A DNA stretch of 64,000 nt, from positions 5,715 through 69,714 of the forward strand of contig CAWGBP010000014.1 in NCBI GenBank assembly GCA_963820835.1, written 5' to 3'. The notes beneath the pieces were generated by a model. It made no database searches. It was not told the origin of the DNA and saw nothing but the letters and a program-made list of their open reading frames with translations. Shown here piece by piece: positions 53,572-64,000 of the stretch (position 1 is the first letter of the stretch; every line of letters starts with the position of its first letter). Source of the stretch: Pirellulales bacterium. Lineage in GTDB: Bacteria > Planctomycetota > Planctomycetia > Pirellulales > JADZDJ01. A program made the position numbers and the translations under genes.

Positions 53572-53735
53572 CCGCCGGCAACTAGAAAAACGGGCCGCTT
53601 GGCAAAAGCCCTGACAGAAGGGGTTTAGCCATGTTGCATCAATGCCTCCCATTACGATCTTCAGTTCACTAAAGTGAAACAGGGCCTTGGGGGCAGGAAC
53701 GGGGTCATTTCGGATTTCTGAGAGGAGAATTCAGC

Positions 53736-54512
53736 ATGCGAAAATTCAAGCCTGCGTCTCGTTCTTTCGGTTTCGAAAGCTTAGAACCGCGAACCGTGCT
53801 TAACGGGACCGTCGCTGCGACCAACTTAGCTGGCGCACTTACGTTAACCGGTGATGGCGCTAAAAACGTAGTTCTCGTGCATCAGGTCGGCACGAATATA
53901 GACGGCGGCGCAATCGTCCAGGTGCAGGGCGACGGAACGAAAATCGATAATCTAGATACCAGCACCATCGGCAATTTCTTCACCTTCGGCGGCGGAGCCT
54001 CCCTCGGCATCACGTCCATCGATATTAACCTCGGCGGCGGGGCTGATGTTCTTACCTTTTATAACACGACCGTTAGCGGCGAAATTACAGTGAACATGGA
54101 CGACCCGGCCTCGGGCGGCATCGGCGACGGCAACGATGTGCTGGTCATGTCGAACGTGCATGCCGAGACGGGCACCGTGACGATCACTCTCGGCAATGGT
54201 ACCAACGTCGCCTCGATATTCCGCGTTACCTCGGGCAGCGATTTTAGCCTGACTGGCGGCAACGGTCGCGACATTGTGGCGCTCAATTCAGTGCAATCGA
54301 ACACCAGCCCCATCACCGCCAACGACACATTGATCGTCGATTTGGAAGGGGGCAACTTCGACACGCTCACCGTTGTCAATTGAAGCGATGGATTCAACGG
54401 TACCGGCGAGTTCAGCGACTCCGGCTCCAACGCAATTATCGTGGGAGCGAACAACCACTTCGGAGTTCACTTCACCACTGGCTTTCGCTTTCGAATCGGT
54501 GATTTAGGTTAG
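53736..54512 (+). CDS. Secreted beta-solenoid repeat protein, paralogue 7 (in-frame TGA at 54381)
   Basis: FESLEPRTVLNG start; frame continues past the TGA with the family C-cap ANNHFG...GFRFRIG. Confidence 0.72.
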
Positions 54513-55219
54513 CCGGCCGGCTTTAGGTGCGAGGCGCGCTTCTCTTCCGCAGCACTGGGGCGAAAATAACGAGGCACAAGCTCGGCTGCTTCCAGTCGCA
54601 CGCCGGCCTGATGCTTATACCAGGCAAGCTGCCCGACGGCGGTGGCCTTGGGCTGCCAGCGCGATCGGTCGATTTTCGTCACCCAAGCCGGAACTTTGTC
54701 GGCAAGCTTCGCCAGCGCCGGGCCACTAACCGCCGTAGTCGATTCGCGGACTTCACTTGCCGATAATTGCGCGATCCACGCGTCATCGTCAAGAAGCATC
54801 GTCTCGCCGCGCCATTGCCAATCTCCGTCTGGCCCGCGCGAAAAACGAGCAACAAAAAGCTGATTGCGCTGCGCATCGAGAATCGTCCAGAGTTCGCCCT
54901 TTGAAACAGGGGCTTGATGCGCAATGATTTCCAACGTGTTAACGCCAAGCACTTGCGAGCTGACGGCATAGGCGAACATTTTTGCGGTCGTAACGCCCAC
55001 TCTCAGTCCGGTGAACGACCCCGGCCCGGTTGCGACCGCCACTAGTTCGACGTCCCGAGCTCGCCATGCCGCTTCGTCGAGCACCTCGGCAATGCTGGGA
55101 GCGAGCGAAACGGCGCTGCGCACACTTGAATTCAAATCGCGGCCAACAAGCACTCGGTCGTCGTCGAGCGCCGCGATGCTCCCCGTCTGATCGGTGGTTT
55201 CTATCGCCAATATTCGCAA
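54509..55219 (-). CDS. tsaB: tRNA threonylcarbamoyladenosine biosynthesis protein TsaB
   Basis: ILAIET, GPGSFTGLRVG, LDAQR, PRYFRPSAAEEK. Confidence 0.93.
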   Translation of the reverse strand: MRILAIETTDQTGSIAALDDDRVLVGRDLNSSVRSAVSLAPSIAEVLDEAAWRARDVELVAVATGPGSFTGLRVGVTTAKMFAYAVSSQVLGVNTLEIIAHQAPVSKGELWTILDAQRNQLFVARFSRGPDGDWQWRGETMLLDDDAWIAQLSASEVRESTTAVSGPALAKLADKVPAWVTKIDRSRWQPKATAVGQLAWYKHQAGVRLEAAELVPRYFRPSAAEEKRASHLKPAG

Positions 55220-55439
55220 CTTTTCCTCGTATGCTCGGCCCGATTCCAACGCACAGATCGACAACCAAATACGGCGGCGAATGGTTGGCGGCTTGACCAG
55301 TTTATTTAGCCATTTTAGACTGCCAGTTTACCCGCGTTGCGCCCTGTGGCATATAATGAAGTTCGTTTAGCCAATCGCACCGCGAGACGGCGCAGAGTTT
55401 TCAAGGCCCGAGCATCTTCTCCCAATAGGGTCGTGCCGC

Positions 55440-56193
55440 GTGAAGCGAGCTCTCATCAGCGATATTCACAGCAACCTCGAAGCGCTTGAGGCTGTTCTGG
55501 CCGATATTCGTTCCCAGGGGATTACCGAGATCTTCTGCTTGGGCGACATTATCGGCTATGGCCCCAACCCGCGCGAGTGCATCGATTTGGCGATGAAGTG
55601 CCAAATGTGCCTGCTGGGCAATCACGATCAAGGCGCGCTATTCGATCCCGAGGGGTTCAACTCTGGAGCCGAGCGCGCCATCTTCTGGACCCGGCAGCAG
55701 TTGGAAAGCGCACGAGGCAACCCGCAAGATAACGCCGCGCCGTTGGGACTTTCTGGGCGAACTGCCGCGGAGCCATCGCGATAACGGCTTCCTGTATGTA
55801 CACGGTTCGCCGCGAAACCCACTCAATGAATACGTGTTCCCGGAAGATACGATCTGCAGCCCAAAGAAGCTCGAAAAAAGTTTCGCGCTGATCCAACGCT
55901 GCTGCTTCCAAGGGCACACGCACGTGCCGGGCGTGTTCACCGAAGGCATGAACTTTATGAGCCCAGAAGAGATTGGGTATCAATATAAATTCGGCACGGA
56001 AAAGGCAATGATCAACGTCGGCTCGGTGGGGCAACCGCGCGATGGCGATCCGCGGGCATGTTACGTCGTGCAAGAAGACGATAAAATCACCTACCGCCGC
56101 GTGGAATATCCGGCCGAGAAAACGCGGCAAAAAATTCACGAGATTCCCGATCTCGACAATTTTCTCGGCGATCGGCTTTTGGAAGGGCGGTAA
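55440..56193 (+). CDS. Metallophosphoesterase family protein (frameshift at about 55740)
   Basis: [36 protein letters not shown]. Confidence 0.9.
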
Positions 56194-56307
56194 ACTATCG
56201 TCAGGGGCGGGTCATCCGCTCGTAAAGCCGCCTGTCGGCGATTCGTATCGCCTTCTATACTTAAGCCAGATAACGTGCGCCAATTCGGCTAGCCAAGGAC
56301 TGTTTTC

Positions 56308-58719
56308 GTGGAAAAACGCTTTCTCCTCTTCATCGCGTTGTCGATCGCCATTCTGATCGGCAATTTGTATTTGCAGGCCGTCCTGCATCCGCCACAGAAA
56401 CCGCCGGCCGGCAAGGCGGGCGAAGTAGCTGGCCAGAAACAGGGTGTCGGTGAGAAAGCCAACGATGGTAAGGCCGACGAGAACAACGGTAACGAGGGTA
56501 AAAAGGAAGAAGCGAAAGCGGATGATGCTGGCTCGAAACCGGTCGAAGAAAAGCCGAAAGAAAAACCGGCGGCTGAAGAAGCCGCAGTGGCCGAAGAGCC
56601 GGAGGCAAAACCGCAATGGTTTACGCTCGGGTCGGCCGATCTCGATGAAAGCAACCCTTACCGCCTGCTTATAACACTGACTTCGGCCGGCGCCGCAGTC
56701 GAGCGCATTGAAACCAGCAGCGCCAAATACCGTGATTACGAAGACCGCAGCGGCTACTTGGGGCACCTCGCGGCCGAAAACGCCCCTGGCGGTGCAAAAA
56801 TCAACGTCGTCGGCGAGGGCACTCCGGCTGCGCAAGCCGGCCTCAAATCGGGCGACATCATTACCAGCATTGGTGGCCGCTCGATTGCCGATGTGTCGGA
56901 ACTTAACGATGCCCTCGCCACTACAAATCCTGAGCAAAAGATCGAAATTGCCATCGTGCGCGATGGCCAGCCACAAACAGTGTCGGCCACGCTAGCACGC
57001 CGCCCGCTAGAAATCGTCCAGCCCGAATTTACCACCGCCGAACATGCGCCCAAAAACGCGGGGGTGGCGGCCGCCGATGGTCACGACCCCTTTTCGTTTT
57101 TGCTCACGCTGTGGCAGGTCGACGACGAGAAGCTCGCCGACGACGCAGCCCTAGCCGCGGAATTGGATGGCATCAAGCTGCGGTCAGCCCAGTGGGAGGG
57201 AAAGCAGGTCGATTCCGAAACCGTCGAATTCACGCGCAACGTGGCAAAATTCGGGTTACAGATCGTCAAGCGCTATCGCCTGGCCAAAGTTGCCGACGGG
57301 AATTCGGGCTATCAGCTAACGCTGGAAGTCGAACTGCGCAACACCGGCACGGCGGCGCACAAAGTGGCCTATCAACTCGATGGTCCAACCGGATTGCCAA
57401 CCGAAGGCTGGTGGTATTCGACCCGGCCATCACGCGAATGGGGCGGCATCGGCGTGCGCGATGTCGCGATGCTGCTGCAGGGGCAAGATCCAGTCCAAGT
57501 CACTCCCATGGCAATTGCGGCCGGCAAAGTGCAGCCTGCGTATTTATCCGAGGACCCCGATCGATTGCTGGCGTACGCGGGTGTCGACGCGCAATACTTC
57601 GCGGCGGCTCTGCTGCCCGACCCGTTTAAGGACCGCGAGCCGTGGCTGGCGCAAATCAAAGCGATCCTCGTCGGCTCGATGCCGCAAGACGCGCGCTACA
57701 AAACGCTCGGCGACGTGACCTGCCGCTTGGTGACTATTCCGAAAAATCTCGAGCCCGGCGGCCCGCCCCTCAAGCACACTTACACCGTTTTCGCCGGTCC
57801 AAAACAGCCGCAGCTACTCTCCCAATACGGCGACGAGCGGAACAATTTGAGCGAGTTGGTCTATTACGGTTGGCCCATATGGGCCGGGGTCGCGCGGCTC
57901 ATGACGCAAGTGCTCCATTTCTTTTACAGCATTATCGGCAACTATGGAATCGCCATCCTACTGTTGACGGCGCTCGTACGGGCGTGCATGTTCCCCATCT
58001 CGCGCAAACAGGCCCTAGCCGCGCAAACAATGCAGCAACTGAAGCCGGAAATGGACCGGATCAACGAAAAGTACAAAGGCAAGGCTGAAGAGAAAACCCG
58101 CGCCATGCAAGAACTGTGGCGAAAGCACAATTACAACCCAATGTCGGGCTGCTTGTTGGTCTTTCTGCAATTGCCGATATTCATGGGACTCTATCGAGCG
58201 CTGATGGTCGATGTGGAACTTCGGCAGGCGCCGCTTTTGGGATCTGCCATCCGCTGGTGCTCCAATCTGGCTGCCCCCGACATGCTGTGGAATTGGACGG
58301 GGGTCATGCCGTCGTTCATCACTGCGTATCGCGGTTTTGGCTCGCTTGGGCCTTATTTGAACATTCTGCCGCTGTTTACGGTGTGTCTGATGATTTGGCA
58401 GCAACAGATGTTCATGCCCCCTGCGACCGACGAGCAAACGGCCATGCAGCAGAAAATGATGAAATATATGATGGTTTTCGTGGCCTTCATGTTCTTCACA
58501 GTCCCCAGCGGCTTGTGCATCTACTTCATCACCTCCAGCCTGTGGGGCATTGCCGAAAAGAAACTATTGCCAAAAACGATTGCCAAGAAATCCTCCGTGA
58601 GTTCCGAGCCGGGCTTTTGGGCGAAATTGACGGCAGCGGCTAGCGCAACGGCTGCCAATGGCAATGGACGATCCGCCGCCGAGCGCGAGCGCGAGCGAAG
58701 AAAACAGCGGCGGAAGTGA
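56308..58719 (+). CDS. yidC: Membrane protein insertase YidC with an inserted PDZ domain
   Basis: MEKRFLLFI, GNYGIAILLLT, NPMSGCL..LQLPIF, PSGLCIYF; PDZ segment GTPAAQAGLKSGDII. Confidence 0.93.
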   Translation: MEKRFLLFIALSIAILIGNLYLQAVLHPPQKPPAGKAGEVAGQKQGVGEKANDGKADENNGNEGKKEEAKADDAGSKPVEEKPKEKPAAEEAAVAEEPEAKPQWFTLGSADLDESNPYRLLITLTSAGAAVERIETSSAKYRDYEDRSGYLGHLAAENAPGGAKINVVGEGTPAAQAGLKSGDIITSIGGRSIADVSELNDALATTNPEQKIEIAIVRDGQPQTVSATLARRPLEIVQPEFTTAEHAPKNAGVAAADGHDPFSFLLTLWQVDDEKLADDAALAAELDGIKLRSAQWEGKQVDSETVEFTRNVAKFGLQIVKRYRLAKVADGNSGYQLTLEVELRNTGTAAHKVAYQLDGPTGLPTEGWWYSTRPSREWGGIGVRDVAMLLQGQDPVQVTPMAIAAGKVQPAYLSEDPDRLLAYAGVDAQYFAAALLPDPFKDREPWLAQIKAILVGSMPQDARYKTLGDVTCRLVTIPKNLEPGGPPLKHTYTVFAGPKQPQLLSQYGDERNNLSELVYYGWPIWAGVARLMTQVLHFFYSIIGNYGIAILLLTALVRACMFPISRKQALAAQTMQQLKPEMDRINEKYKGKAEEKTRAMQELWRKHNYNPMSGCLLVFLQLPIFMGLYRALMVDVELRQAPLLGSAIRWCSNLAAPDMLWNWTGVMPSFITAYRGFGSLGPYLNILPLFTVCLMIWQQQMFMPPATDEQTAMQQKMMKYMMVFVAFMFFTVPSGLCIYFITSSLWGIAEKKLLPKTIAKKSSVSSEPGFWAKLTAAASATAANGNGRSAAERERERRKQRRK

Positions 58720-58821
58720 CAAGAATGCAAACTGTAAAGTGCGGAATGCAAAATGCACGGTAGGGCGTGATTTGGTTTTGGTTTGCACTCTTCACTTTGA
58801 ATTCTTTAATCCGCATTCTCC
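58720..58821. repeat. Degenerate inverted 7-bp repeats between yidC and mnmE
   Basis: aatgcaa/aatgcgg-type units, then ttgcact/ccgcatt-type units. Confidence 0.5.
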
Positions 58822-60306
58822 ATGTTTTCCCTCGACGACACGATTGCCGCAATTGCTTCGGCAATGGGCGGCGCGGCCCGCGGAATTGTGAGAATCAGCG
58901 GCCCGGAGACGCTGCAAATCGTCGAGCGCTGCTTCAGGCCGTCCGGCGCAAATCTCGACTTGCGGAAATTGCGATCTCCGCACGCATTTGTCGGTGAATT
59001 CAATTTTGGGCAAGATGCGCCTTCAGATGACGTGCAGATCCCGCCCCAGGCGGCGAGCCAGTCGTCGCCGTCTCAACTCGCGTCCCTCGCCCCTCGTCTC
59101 TCGCCCCTTCCCCCTGTCCCCTCCGACCTCTTCCTTTGGCCGACCGCGCGCAGCTACACCATGCAGCCGCTGGCCGAACTTCACACCTTCGGATCTCCGC
59201 CGCTCTTGAATCTCGTTCTGCAGCGTCTCTGCGCGGCCGGCGCTCGGCTGGCCCAACCAGGCGAATTCACGCTTCGGGCATTTCTGGCCGGGCGGATCGA
59301 TCTGACGCAGGCCGAGGCGGTGCTGGGGGTAATCGACGCCGCCGACCGGCGGGAGCTCGACACCGCGCTTGAACAGTTGGCCGGCGGGCTATCGTGGCCG
59401 CTGCAAACGCTGCGCAGCGATCTACTGAATCTGCTGGCCGATTTGGAAGCGGGGCTCGACTTTGGCGAGGAAGACGTTCGGTTTGTCAATGCCAATGAGT
59501 TGCAGCGCCGTCTTTCAGCGGCCGCCGAGCATCTCGATGCACTCGCTCAGCAACTCGGCCGGCGCGGCGAGGCGGGCCAGTTGCCAAAGGTTGTTCTCAT
59601 TGGCGCGCCCAATGCGGCAAAAGCAGTTTGTTCAATGCCTTGCTTGAAGACGATGCGCGCGGCCCTCGTCTCGCCCGATCCCGGCACCACGCGAGATTAT
59701 CTCGCGGCCCGAATCGAGGCCGCTGGCCTTCCGGTACTGCTGTTCGATACCGCCGGAACCAACCAGTCGTCGGATATAGACCCAATCGATGCCACTGCAC
59801 AGCAATTAGGAGCGGGGCAGCATGCGTCGGCCGATTTGCGGCTGCTGTGTATCGACGCCAACTTGCGCAAAAGTCGATTGGGATCAAAATCAGACGACCC
59901 GAGAGAACACCATCGTCGTGCTCACAAAATGCGATTTAGCCGCATACATTGCAATGCTGCCTCTCTCAATAGGCACGAAAAGTGCCTCGATTGCAAATCT
60001 GAACCGTACCAGTAGTAAAACGAAATCTGGACTCGCGGACCTTAGAACCGCAATTCGTGCGGCGCTACTCGCTCGCACCTCCGAAACGGCGGCCTCCATT
60101 TGCACAACTCCCCGCATCGTCGAAGGCGTGCGGCTAGCGAGCGAGAACATCCTGCCGCAATCCACCTGGCAGCCGCCGGTTCGGGGGAGGAGCTTATCGC
60201 TGCGGAGTTGCGCAATGGCCTCACGGAAATTGGCAAGCTTGTGGGAGCCATCTACACCGACGATTTGCTGGATCGCATCTTTAGCCGGTTCTGCATCGGC
60301 AAATAA
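58822..60306 (+). CDS. mnmE: tRNA modification GTPase MnmE (several frameshifts)
   Basis: DTIAAIAS, PGEFTLRAFLAGRIDLTQAEAV, GTTRD, DTAG, C-terminal IFSRFCIGK. Confidence 0.92.
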
Positions 60307-60468
60307 TGCCGCTTTTGCGGATTTTTCTCCGCGAAGCGCTAATTTTGGTTGGCGCAGTTGGCTGGATGGCCTAGATATAAATGGGCCATAACCAGCGCAC
60401 GGCTGAAGCGCGGCCGAATTCCATCGCCACTCAATCTATCTAATGCATTGCTGCAAGGGAGCTTGTTC

Positions 60469-61071
60469 ATGTTCGACAAAGCCAAACGCATTTCGAGTTT
60501 CCTCGTTCTCCGCGGATTATTGGCCCTGGTGTTCGGCGTCCTAGTGCTGGCGCTGCCGCCGGAGGTCGTGGATACAACATTGCTTTTGATGTTTGGCATA
60601 TTCGCCATTGTGGAAGGCACCGTTGCCATGATCGGGGCATTGGCCAGCCGCGATACGTTCGACGATTGGTGGCTGGTGTTGTTGGCCGGCGTGTTCGGAA
60701 TTCTGATCGGCTTGTTTACCTTCACTCGGCCGCTGATGGTCGCCACCGTGCTGGTGCTTTACGTGGGCTTCCGCGCGATCCTGCAGGGAGTGCTGGAAAT
60801 GACCTTCGCCGTGCATTTGCGGAAAGTCATCGAAGGCGAATGGCTCTTCATCCTAGCCGGCATTATTTCCATCTTATTTGGGCTGATCATGATTATGTTC
60901 CCGATCAAGGAGGGCGCGGTTGGAACCGTTAAAGGCGTTGCGGTAATCGGCTGGTTGATCGGCATATATGCCATCGCCGGCGGCGCTATGCAGTTGGTGT
61001 TGGCGGGTCAGATGCGCGATTGGGTCAAACGGATCGAAGAAAAAAAGAATGCGTCGGCCGGCCCGAAATAG
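60469..61071 (+). CDS. HdeD/DUF308 family membrane protein
   Basis: LRGLLALVFGVL, six TM helices, EGEWLFILAG. Confidence 0.87.
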   Translation: MFDKAKRISSFLVLRGLLALVFGVLVLALPPEVVDTTLLLMFGIFAIVEGTVAMIGALASRDTFDDWWLVLLAGVFGILIGLFTFTRPLMVATVLVLYVGFRAILQGVLEMTFAVHLRKVIEGEWLFILAGIISILFGLIMIMFPIKEGAVGTVKGVAVIGWLIGIYAIAGGAMQLVLAGQMRDWVKRIEEKKNASAGPK

Positions 61072-61241
61072 TTTGTGGATTGCAGATTCTCCAAGACCGG
61101 GCAGGGAAATGCCCGCGCCTGAATGCGGGATAGCGCTATTTGTAAGGCCGCGGGGCGGGATTTTCCTATCTTGCCTCGGGCTGTATAATCTAGTGCTTTG
61201 AAGTTGGACCAAAATTCTCCCTAATCGGAGCTATTACGATC

Positions 61242-61574
61242 ATGGCAGTTATCCTTACCGAACGAGCCGCCCAGGAAGTAAAGAAAATCATCGAGGACCA
61301 AAAACTCGGTCCTGAAACCTTGCTCCGCGTGGGCGTGGTCGGCGGCGGCTGCAGCGGCTTCCAATATGCCTTGGGTTTCGACCAGAAGTACGATGCGGCG
61401 GCCGACTCGAAATTCGATTGCTTCGGTGTGCCGGTCGTGGTCGATAAAAAAAGTGCCTTGTACCTCGATGGCACCAAAGTCGATTTCTATGAAGGCCTCG
61501 AAAAACGCGGCTTCACCTTCGAGAACCCCAACGCCGTGAAAAGCTGCGGCTGCGGCAGTTCGTTCCAGGCATAG
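61242..61574 (+). CDS. iscA: A-type iron-sulfur cluster carrier (HesB/IscA family)
   Basis: [23 protein letters not shown]. Confidence 0.92.
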   Translation: MAVILTERAAQEVKKIIEDQKLGPETLLRVGVVGGGCSGFQYALGFDQKYDAAADSKFDCFGVPVVVDKKSALYLDGTKVDFYEGLEKRGFTFENPNAVKSCGCGSSFQA

Positions 61575-61623
61575 GGTCGCAGGGCGCCAAGTCTGTCCGC
61601 GACAGTTGAGTTCCAGTAATTCC

Positions 61624-61654
61624 AAAGCCCCGGCAAATTCGCCGGGGCTTTTTT
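61624..61654 (+). terminator. Intrinsic terminator after iscA
   Basis: aaagccccggc-aaattc-gccggggctttttt. Confidence 0.8.
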
Positions 61655-61710
61655 GCAGCTTTTAGTTTTTGCGCCAATCCCTTAGAATCGAGCCGCGAGG
61701 AATGTAAATC

Positions 61711-62962
61711 GTGGCTGAGAATAAAATCCACATCATTGGCATTGGCGACGACGGCCTGGATGGCATTACCGCGCAGGCCCGGCGACTCATCGACGACGCC
61801 GATTTAGTGCTGGGCGCCGAAAGTACCCTGAAGCTCTTGCCCAAACCAGCGGCTGGCAAACAACGGCTCACCATCGGAGCGAATTTCGATGAGGCCGTGC
61901 AGCAAGTCGATCGCGCCGGCGATAAAAAAGTAGTGGTGCTCGCTTCGGGTGATCCGCTGTTTTACGGCGTGGCCCGCTACTTGTGCGATAAGCTAGGCAA
62001 AGAGCGATTCGAAGTCTTGCCGCACGTCAGCAGCATGCAGTTGGCCTTCGCCCGCGTGAAAGAAAGCTGGGAAGACGCCTATCTCACAAACTTGGCCACG
62101 CATAGCTTCGAATCGATCATCGAGAAAATCCGCGTGGCCGATACGGTCGGATTATTCACAAGCGACAGATTTCCGCCATCTGAGATTGCCAAGGCTCTAT
62201 TGGACCAGCACATCGATTATTTCTCCGCCTATGTGTGTGAGAACCTCGGCTCGCCCGACGAGCGCGTCACGCATGGTTCCCTGAGCGAAATTGCCCGGGA
62301 GCAGTTCGACCCGCTGAATGTGATGATTTTGGTGCGGCGGCCGGAAACTCCCGATCGCCCGACCGATGCACAGCGTCTGCGGCAATTCGGCAACCCCGAC
62401 GAAACATTTCTGCAGGCGCGGCCCAAGCGCGGGCTGCTCACGCCAGCCGAGGTGCGCAGCATTGCACTGGCCGAAATGGCAATCGGCCCCAAGAGCATCG
62501 TCTGGGATGTGGGTGCTGGGAGTGGCTCGGTGTCGATCGAAGCGGCCATGCTCGCCGCCGCAAGGAAGTGCCTACGCTATTGAGATGGATCCGGAAGATA
62601 TCAACCTGATTCGCTCCAATGCCGAGCGGTTTCGAGTGAAAAACCTTGTGCCGGTACTGGGAAAAGCGCCCGAAGCATGGGGCAATTTGCCGCAGCCCGA
62701 TTGCATTTTCGTCGGCGGCAGCGGCCGCGAAATCGCGCGGCTTGTCGAGCTGGCTTACAAGCAACTTAAGCCTGGCGGGCGACTAGTGGCAAACGTGGGG
62801 AGCATTGAGCTCTTGGCCGCCGTCGATGAAGCGCTGCACCGCGCCGGCACCGACGTGCAAGTGCTGATGGTCAACGTAGCCCGCGGAACTTATCAATTGG
62901 AACGCATCCGGTTCAACGCACTGAATCCAACGTTTTTACTTTCTGTTGTGAAGAACAAATAG
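61711..62962 (+). CDS. cbiET: Bifunctional precorrin-6Y C5,15-methyltransferase CbiE/CbiT (frameshift at about 62560)
   Basis: IIGIGDDG, LASGDPLFYG, WDVGAGSGSVSIE, IFVGGSG, LKPGGRLV. Confidence 0.9.
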
Positions 62963-62974
62963 CTAATACCCGAT

Positions 62975-63744
62975 ATGCCTGAGCAGCAGCAACTCGACGT
63001 AATTGCCGTCGGTGCGCATCCCGACGATGTTGAAATCGCCTGTGGCGGCACACTGGCCAAGCTCGCAAAGCAAGGCTATCGGGTGGGCATTGTCGATCTG
63101 ACCGACGGCGAGCCCACGCCGAATTCTCCCGGGCCCGAAGCCCGCGCCGCCGAGGCGAAGGCGGCCGCGGAAAAATTGGGCGTCCTCGTGCGGCTAGAGT
63201 TGGGGATGCCCAATCGCCGGCTGTTCGATTCGTTTGAAGCGCGCGTCGCGCTGGCGAAAGTGTTCCGTCGCTATCGCCCGAAGTTGGTTTTCGGTTTTGG
63301 CGAAAAAACACCACTGGCCTCGCCCGATCATTATCAGGCCATGCAAATCACCGACGCCGGCGTGTTCTATTCGCGGCTGACGAAGTGGGATCAGCACTTC
63401 GACAACCTGCCCGTGCATACGATCAGCGCCTACTTGTACTACACGCTAGCCTTCACCTCGTTTGGAATTCCGGCAGGCGCAGGAAGCCTCGTGGTCGATA
63501 TTGGCGATACCTTGCAAGCCAAGCTCGAAGCGATTCGCTGCTACAAAACGCAGTTCGGCGCGACCCCGGAGAAGCAAATTGAGCAGCGCGTGACGGCGTT
63601 TGCGATTCAACTCGGCACTGCCGCCGGCTATCCGGCAGGTGAAATGTTCTCCAGCCCCCGGCTAATCGGCACCCGCGATCTGATGCACTTCCTCTTCGGC
63701 CAAAAACCGGGCGATCAACCCGCCCCCCGGAACCACCGCGTTAA
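62975..63744 (+). CDS. PIG-L/LmbE family deacetylase (BshB1-like); 3' end approximate
   Basis: Manual translation: [33 protein letters not shown]; the frame stays open to the window end, so the stop at 63742-63744 assumes an indel in the C-run at 63723. Confidence 0.82.
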
Positions 63745-64000
63745 AAGCACAATTGTAGGTTCTGCCGAGAAGCTACGATATGAATTGGCGACTCTATCGA
63801 ATAGTCGGCTTTGCAGTCGCAGGATGGATCTTGGCAGTGCATTGTCACCGAAGCTGCCCCGTGCGATCCTAAACTTTTTGTGCGGTGTTGCCGGATTAGT
63901 TATTGCCCAATCAAAATTGGGCAATGAATCTAAAGCAATTCGGAAAACAATCGGGCTTTGCGCCGACGTCGCTTTCGCTGCCCATCGCTTCGGTGCGGCT

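Noticed and set aside
61080-61200. Possible cobalamin riboswitch upstream of iscA-cbiET
   Set aside because: Only a GGGAA and short stems are present; the conserved B12-box and core are not recognisable, and a terminator separates iscA from cbiET.
234-63744. Frameshifts in prpD, kinase, lysC, apgM, hom, dsbD, purM, cls, metallophosphoesterase, mnmE, cbiET and others, read as pseudogenes or programmed frameshifting
   Set aside because: They hit essential genes at high density, often in short homopolymers, with intact sequence on both sides. Uncorrected long-read indel error is the simplest explanation.
63745-64000. Apparent C-terminal extension of the PIG-L deacetylase
   Set aside because: Composition shifts to AT-rich, non-coding-like sequence; a single indel in the C-run at 63723 restores a normal stop at 63744.

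Overview
GC-rich chromosomal window from a planctomycete, probably Pirellulales (DUF1559 prepilin-like gene, LE(S/P)LExRxLLA-type secreted proteins, groEL-groES-groEL). Most of it is housekeeping: truB, prpD, a Ser/Thr kinase, hemB, lysC-apgM-hom, groEL/groES/groEL-dnaJ-grpE, a P-II gene, dsbD, purM, glgX, cls, tsaB, yidC-mnmE, iscA and cbiET. Many core genes carry single-base frameshifts, which look like long-read indel errors. Four accessory features stand out. (1) A coupled gene pair inserted between groEL2 and dnaJ reconstructs to an R-S-E-type ADP-ribosyltransferase-like toxin domain followed by a stand-alone EF-Tu domain II-like protein, a possible target-mimic immunity protein. (2) A 1.6-kb array of tiny ORFs is punctuated by five same-orientation sites, four with three boxes at a fixed 20/18-bp spacing and one with only the last two boxes, plus three identical 19-bp leaderless-type promoters. 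This suggests an undescribed gene-cassette or mobile system. (3) Two tandem arrays (3 + 4 genes) encode secreted beta-solenoid paralogues with conserved N- and C-terminal caps. (4) An IS200-like HUH transposase is flanked by mirror-image REP-like hairpins. No rRNA, tRNA or CRISPR array was seen.
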